Shown here: in pieces, positions 56,722-64,000 of the stretch
Position numbering within the stretch: the stretch's first letter is position 1
Layout: each line of letters opens with the position of its first letter
NCBI GenBank assembly: GCA_964057225.1
Contig: OZ059900.1
Coordinates: 8,618,001 to 8,682,000, forward strand
Origin: Auanema rhodensis
Taxonomy: Eukaryota; Animalia; Nematoda
Length of the DNA stretch: 64,000 nt
Direction of reading: 5' to 3'
Translations under genes and position numbers: made by a program
The notes under the pieces: generated by a model
Database searches by the model: none
What the model was told of the DNA's origin: nothing
Seen by the model: the letters and a program-made list of their open reading frames with translations, nothing else

Positions 56722-59700
56722 TCGTGCAAAATACACCTATATCAACATTCTATGACAGTATTTCATACATTTAGTCGTTTTAGAAGAAAAAAATATGCTT
56801 AAGATCAAAAGTTTGACTGATTTTGCCAAAATGCCCTTCAATCCCCAAAAAACCAATAATTCTTGATATTTTCGGTCCTTTTCGACCAAAGTGGTTAAAA
56901 TTGGACATATATATGTGAAATTAGTCAAAGTTTATGAATCCTGAATTTCAAATCCATATCTCAAAGGGTCTGATCAAAACATACAGTTTTCACATGTTTT
57001 GTACCCATAATCGTTTAATATATGGCGTTTTGAACATAAAAAGGCCCATATTTCAATCAGTTTTGATATTCGTGCAAAATACACCTATATGAACATTCTA
57101 TGACAGTATTTCATACATTTAGTCGTTTTAGAAGAAAAAAATATGCTTAAGATCAAAAGTTTGACTGATTTTGCCAAAATGTCCTTCAAACCCCAAAAAA
57201 CCAATAATTCTTGATATTTTCGGTCCTTTTTGACCAAAGTGGTTAAAATTGAACATATATATGTGAAAATAGTCAAAGTTTATGAATCCTGAATTTCAAA
57301 TCCATATCTCAAAGGGTCTGATCAAAACATACAGTTTTCACATGTTTTGTACCCAAAATCGTTGAATATATGGCGTTTTGAGCATAAAAAGGCCCATATT
57401 TCAATCAGTTTTGATATTCGTGCAAAATACACCTATATCAACATTCTATGACAGTATTCCATACATTTAGTCGTTTTAGAAGAAAAAAATATGCTTAAGA
57501 TCAAAAGTTTGACTGATTTTGCCAAAATGCCCTCCAAACCCCAAAAAACCAATAATTCTTGATATTTTCGGTCCTTTTTGACCAAAGTGGTTAAAATTGG
57601 ACATATATATGTAAAAATAGTCGAAGTTCATGAATCCTGAATTTCAAATCCATATCTCAAAGGGTCTGATCAAAACATACAGTTTTCACATGTTTTGTAC
57701 CCAAAATCGTTGAATATATGGCGTTTTGAGCATAAAAAGGCCCATATTTCAATCAGTTTTGATATTCGTGCAAAATACACCTATATGAACATTCTATGAC
57801 AGTATTTCATACATTTAGTCGTTTTAGAAGAAAAAAATATGCTTAAGATCAAAAGTTTGACTGACTTAGCCAAAATGCCCTTCAAACCCCAAAAAACCAA
57901 TAATTCTTGATATTTTCGGTCCTTTTTGACCAAAGTGGTTAAAATTGAACATATATATGTAAAAATAGTCAAAGTTTATGAATCCTGAATTTAAAATCCA
58001 TATCTCAAAGGGTCTGATCAAAACATACAGTTTTCACATGTTTTGTACCCAAAATCGTTGAATATATGGCGTTTTGAGCATAAAAAGGCCCATATTTCAA
58101 TCAGTTTTGATATTCGTGCAAAATACACGTATATGAACATTCTATGACAGTATTTCATACATTTAGTCGTTTTAGAAGAAAAAAATATGCTTAAGATCAA
58201 AAGTTTGACTGATTTTGCCAAAATGCCCTTCAATCCCCAAAAAACCAATAATTCTTGATATTTTCGGTCCTTTTTGACCAAAGTGGTCAAAATTGGACAT
58301 AAATATGTAAAAATAGTCAAAGTTTATGAATCCTGAATTTCAAATCCATATCTCAAAGGGTCTGATCAAAACATACAGTTTTAACATGTTTTGTACCCAA
58401 AATCGTTGAATATATGGCGTTTTGAGCATAAAAAGGCCCATATTTCAATCAGTTTCGATATTCGTGCAAAATACACCTATATCAACATTCTATGACAGTA
58501 TTCCATACATTTAGTCGTTTTAGAAGAAAAAAATATGCTTAAGATCAAAAGTTTGACTGATTTAGCCAAAATGCCCTTCAATCCCCAAAAAACCAATAAT
58601 TCTTGATATTTCCGGTCCTTTTTGACCAAAGTGGTTAGAATTGGACATATATATGTAGAAATAGTCGAAGTTTATGAATCCTGAATTTCAAATCCATATC
58701 TCAAAGGGTCTGATCAAAACATACAGTTTTCACATGTTTTGTACCCAAAATCGTTGAATATATGGCGTTTTGAGCATAAAAAGGCCCATATTTCAATCAG
58801 TTTCGATATTCGTGCAAAATACACCTATATCAACATTCTATGACAGTATTCCATACATTTAGTCGTTTTAGAAGAAAAAAATATGCTTAAGATCAAAAGT
58901 TTGACTGATTTAGCCAAAATGCCCTTCAATCCCCAAAAAACCAATAATTCTTGATATTTTCGGTCCTTTTTGACCAAAGTGGTTAAAATTGGACATATAT
59001 ATGTGAAAATAGTCAAAGTTTATGAATCCTGAATTTCAAATCCATATCTCAAAGGGTCTGATCAAAACATAGAGTTTTCACATGTTTTGTACCCAAAATC
59101 GTTAAATATATGGCGTTTTGAGCATAAAAAGGCCCATATTTCAATCAGTTTCGATATTCGTGCAAAATACACCTATATCAACATTCTATGACAGTATTTC
59201 ATACATTTAGTCGTTTTAGAAGAAAAAAATATGCTTAAGATCAAAAGTTTGACTGATTTTGCCAAAATGCCCTTCAATCCCCAAAAAACCAATAATTCTT
59301 GATATTTTCGGTCCTTTTCGACCAAAGTGGTTAAAATTGGACATATATATGTGAAATTAGTCAAAGTTTATGAATCCTGAATTTCAAATCCATATCTCAA
59401 AGGGTCTGATCAAAACATACAGTTTTCACATGTTTTGTACCCATAATCGTTTAATATATGGCGTTTTGAACATAAAAAGGCCCATATTTCAATCAGTTTT
59501 GATATTCGTGCAAAATACACCTATATGAACATTCTATGACAGTATTTCATACATTTAGTCGTTTTAGAAGAAAAAAATATGCTTAAGATCAAAAGTTTGA
59601 CTGATTTAGCCAAAATGCCCTTCAATCCCCAAAAAACCAATAATTCTTGATATTTCCGGTCCTTTTTGACCAAAGTGGTTAGAATTGGACATATATATGT

Positions 59701-60199
59701 AGAAATAGTCGAAGTTTATGAATCCTGAATTTCAAATCCATATCTCAAAGGGTCTGATCAAAACATACAGTTTTCACATGTTTTGTACCCAAAATCGTTG
59801 AATATATGGCGTTTTGAGCATAAAAAGGCCCATATTTCAATCAGTTTCGATATTCGTGCAAAATACACCTATATCAACATTCTATGACAGTATTTCATAC
59901 ATTTAGTCGTTTTAGAAGAAAAAAATATGCTTAAGATCAAAAGTTTGACTGATTTTGCCAAAATGCCCTTCAAACCCCAAAAAACCAATAATTCTTGATA
60001 TTTTCGGTCCTTTTTGACCAAAGTGGTTAAAATTGGACATATATATGTGAAAATAGTCGAAGTTTATGAATCCTGAATTTCAAATCCATATCTCAAAGGG
60101 TCTGATCAAAACATACAGTTTTCACATGTTTTGTACCCAAAATCGTTGAATATATGGCGTTTTGAGCATAAAAAGGCCCATATTTCAATCAGTTTTGAT

Positions 60200-63100
60200 A
60201 TTCGTGCAAAATACACCTATATGAACATTCTATGACAGTATTCCATACATTTAGTCGTTTTAGAAGAAAAAAATATGCTTAAGATCAAAAGTTTGACTGA
60301 TTTTGCCAAAATGCCCTTCAATCCCCAAAAAACCAATAATTCTTGATATTTTCGGTCCTTTTTGACCAAAGTGGTTAAAATTGGACATATATATGTGAAA
60401 ATAGTCAAAGTTTATGAATCCTGAATTTCAAATCCATATCTCAAAGGGTCTGATCAAAACATAGAGTTTTCACATGTTTTGTACCCAAAATCGTTGAATA
60501 TATGGCGTTTTGAGCATAAAAAGGCCCATATTTCAATCAGTTTCGATATTCGTGCAAAATACACCTATATCAACATTCTATGACAGTATTTCATACATTT
60601 AGTCGTTTTAGAAGAAAAAAATATGCTTAAGATCAAAAGTTTGACTGATTTTGCCAAAATGCCCTTCAATCCCCAAAAAACCAATAATTCTTGATATTTT
60701 CGGTCCTTTTCGACCAAAGTGGTTAAAATTGGACATATATATGTGAAATTAGTCAAAGTTTATGAAGCCTGAATTTCAAATCCATATCTCAAAGGGTCTG
60801 ATCAAAACATACAGTTTTCACATGTTTTGTACCCATAATCGTTTAATATATGGCGTTTTGAACATAAAAAGGCCCATATTTCAATCAGTTTTGATATTCG
60901 TGCAAAATACACCTATATGAACATTCTATGACAGTATTTCATACTTTTAGTCGTTTTAGAAGAAAAAAATATGCTTAAGATCAAAAGTTTGACTGATTTT
61001 GCCAAAATGTCCTTCAAACCCCAAAAAACCAATAATTCTTGATATTTTCGGTCCTTTTTGACCAAAGTGGTTAAAATTGAACATATATATGTGAAAATAG
61101 TCAAAGTTTATGAATCCTGAATTTCAAATCCATATCTCAAAGGGTCTGATCAAAACATACAGTTTTCACATGTTTTGTACCCAAAATCGTTGAATATATG
61201 GCGTTTTGAGCATAAAAAGGCCCATATTTCAATCAGTTTTGATATTCGTGCAAAATACACCTATATCAACATTCTATGACAGTATTCCATACATTTAGTC
61301 GTTTTAGAAGAAAAAAATATGCTTAAGATCAAAAGTTTGACTGATTTTGCCAAAATGCCCTCCAAACCCCAAAAAACCAATAATTCTTGATATTTTCGGT
61401 CCTTTTTGACCAAAGTGGTTAAAATTGGACATATATATGTAAAAATAGTCGAAGTTCATGAATCCTGAATTTCAAATCCATATCTCAAAGGGTCTGATCA
61501 AAACATACAGTTTTCACATGTTTTGTACCCAAAATCGTTGAATATATGGCGTTTTGAGCATAAAAAGGCCCATATTTCAATCAGTTTTGATATTCGTGCA
61601 AAATACACCTATATGAACATTCTATGACAGTATTTCATACATTTAGTCGTTTTAGAAGAAAAAAATATGCTTAAGATCAAAAGTTTGACTGACTTAGCCA
61701 AAATGCCCTTCAAACCCCAAAAAACCAATAATTCTTGATATTTTCGGTCCTTTTTGACCAAAGTGGTTAAAATTGAACATATATATGTAAAAATAGTAAA
61801 AGTTTATGAATCCTGAATTTAAAATCCATATCTCAAAGGGTCTGATCAAAACATACAGTTTTCACATGTTTTGTACCCAAAATCGTTGAATATATGGCGT
61901 TTTGAGCATAAAAAGGCCCATATTTCAATCAGTTTTGATATTCATGCAAAATACACGTATATGAACATTCTATGACAGTATTTCATACATTTAGTCGTTT
62001 TAGAAGAAAAAAATATGCTTAAGATCAAAAGTTTGACTGATTTTGCCAAAATGCCCTTCAAACCCCAAAAAACCAATAATTCTTGATATTTTCGGTCCTT
62101 TTTGACCAAAGTGGTTAAAATTGGACATATATATGTGAAAATAGTCGAAGTTTATGAATCCTGAATTTCAAATCCATATCTCAAAGGGTCTGATCAAAAC
62201 ATACAGTTTTCACATGTTTTGTACCCAAAATCGTTGAAGATATGGCGTTTTGAGCATAAAAAGGCCCATATTTCAATCAGTTTTGATATTCGTGCAAAAT
62301 ACACCTATATGAACATTCTACGACAGTATTCCATACATTTAGTCGTTTTAGAAGAAAAAAATATGCTTAAGATCAAAAGTTTGACTGATTTTGCCAAAAT
62401 GCCCTTCAATCCCCAAAAAACCAATAATTCTTGATATTTTCGGTCCTTTTTGACCAAAGTGGTTAAAATTGGACATATATATGTGAAAATAGTCAAAGTT
62501 TATGAATCCTGAATTTCAAATCCATATCTCAAAGGGTCTGATCAAAACATAGAGTTTTCACATGTTTTGTACCCAAAATCGTTGAATATATGGCGTTTTG
62601 AGCATAAAAAGGCCCATATTTCAATCAGTTTCGATATTCGTGCAAAATACACCTATATCAACATTCTATGACAGTATTTCATACATTTAGTCGTTTTAGA
62701 AGAAAAAAATATGCTTAAGATCAAAAGTTTGACTGATTTTGCCAAAATGCCCTTCAATCCCCAAAAAACCAATAATTCTTGATATTTTCGGTCCTTTTCG
62801 ACCAAAGTGGTTAAAATTGGACATATATATGTGAAATTAGTCAAAGTTTATGAAGCCTGAATTTCAAATCCATATCTCAAAGGGTCTGATCAAAACATAC
62901 AGTTTTCACATGTTTTGTACCCATAATCGTTTAATATATGGCGTTTTGAACATAAAAAGGCCCATATTTCAATCAGTTTTGATATTCGTGCAAAATACAC
63001 CTATATGAACATTCTATGACAGTATTTCATACATTTAGTCGTTTTAGAAGAAAAAAATATGCTTAAGATCAAAAGTTTGACTGATTTTGCCAAAATGTCC

Positions 63101-64000
63101 TTCAAACCCCAAAAAACCAATAATTCTTGATATTTTCGGTCCTTTTTGACCAAAGTGGTTAAAATTGAACATATATATGTGAAAATAGTCAAAGTTTATG
63201 AATCCTGAATTTCAAATCCATATCTCAAAGGGTCTGATCAAAACATACAGTTTTCACATGTTTTGTACCCAAAATCGTTGAATATATGGCGTTTTGAGCA
63301 TAAAAAGGCCCATATTTCAATCAGTTTTGATATTCGTGCAAAATACACCTATATCAACATTCTATGACAGTATTCCATACATTTAGTCGTTTTAGAAGAA
63401 AAAAATATGCTTAAGATCAAAAGTTTGACTGATTTTGCCAAAATGCCCTCCAAACCCCAAAAAACCAATAATTCTTGATATTTTCGGTCCTTTTTGACCA
63501 AAGTGGTTAAAATTGGACATATATATGTAAAAATAGTCGAAGTTCATGAATCCTGAATTTCAAATCCATATCTCAAAGGGTCTGATCAAAACATACAGTT
63601 TTCACATGTTTTGTACCCAAAATCGTTGAATATATGGCGTTTTGAGCATAAAAAGGCCCATATTTCAATCAGTTTTGATATTCGTGCAAAATACACCTAT
63701 ATGAACATTCTATGACAGTATTTCATACATTTAGTCGTTTTAGAAGAAAAAAATATGCTTAAGATCAAAAGTTTGACTGACTTAGCCAAAATGCCCTTCA
63801 AACCCCAAAAAACCAATAATTCTTGATATTTTCGGTCCTTTTTGACCAAAGTGGTTAAAATTGAACATATATATGTAAAAATAGTAAAAGTTTATGAATC
63901 CTGAATTTAAAATCCATATCTCAAAGGGTCTGATCAAAACATACAGTTTTCACATGTTTTGTACCCAAAATCGTTGAATATATGGCGTTTTGAGCATAAA
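60200..64000. repeat. Tandem duplication of a 6-monomer unit (2088 bp), second copy runs off the window end
   Basis: GAAGCCTG (60767/62855), GTTCATG (61457/63545), GACTTAGCC (61693/63781), ATAGTAAAAG (61798/63886) and TTTAAAATCC (61821/63909). Confidence 0.88.

Larger units (their letters stand above)
1..64000. repeat. Tandem satellite DNA array, 348-bp monomer, ~184 head-to-tail copies, running off both window ends (centromeric/pericentromeric-type satellite)
   Basis: Bases 1-348 recur at 349, 697, 1045 and so on. The ORF track shows the same ORF every 348 bp across the window, with only three 1-bp phase shifts. No unique sequence or inversion seen. The centromeric label is an inference from size and homogeneity. 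Confidence 0.99.

Noticed and set aside
6890-62434. Sporadic 71-73 aa plus-strand ORFs and the 100-aa ORF at 58018-58320
   Set aside because: Each arises from a single substitution removing a stop codon in one monomer variant. These are chance products of the satellite.
16-63192. More than 100 near-identical 63-aa minus-strand ORFs (MTIFTYICSIL...) as a tandem gene or peptide family
   Set aside because: The start is TTG (plus-strand CAA at 205-207) and is lost whenever position 206 is G. Copies carry frameshifts (8813, 9856, 13683) and nonsense alleles (e.g. ~35964, ~50856). Many variants are non-synonymous, the non-ORF half of the monomer is more conserved than the ORF, and there is no recognisable domain.
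1-64000. CRISPR array or diversity-generating cassette system (constant part plus variable part)
   Set aside because: There are no unique spacers, the variable half differs by only a few SNPs, and no cas, reverse transcriptase or recombinase genes are present. The pattern is explained by satellite recombination.
1-64000. Array as a pure assembly or synthetic artefact
   Set aside because: Private SNPs, mosaic monomers and nested duplications look like genuine satellite evolution. Exact copy numbers of the near-identical blocks still need read validation.

Overview
The whole 64 kb window is one uninterrupted, head-to-tail tandem array of a 348-bp AT-rich satellite monomer. GC is about 30% (105/348 counted in monomer 1). 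Taking base 1 (TCGTGCAAAATAC...) as monomer start, there are 183 complete monomers plus a partial 184th starting at 63682. All are in the same orientation and differ by only a few substitutions. The only length variants I found are three copies of the same 1-bp deletion (about 8813, 9856 and 13683). I found no genes, RNA genes, transposons or CRISPR arrays. The repeated 63-aa ORFs are artefacts of the monomer. This looks like eukaryotic centromeric/pericentromeric-type satellite DNA, but neither species nor centromere function can be established from the sequence. The real structure lies in the monomer variants: a ~16 kb 3-monomer higher-order repeat (HOR) domain, a compound 4+3 (7-mer) HOR, nested block duplications at 2-31 monomer offsets, zone-restricted variant lineages, mosaic monomers, a nearly invariant ~130-bp half of the monomer, and many CpG transitions. 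I found no evidence of a novel protein-coding system. All variant calls were made by eye and should be confirmed by alignment.
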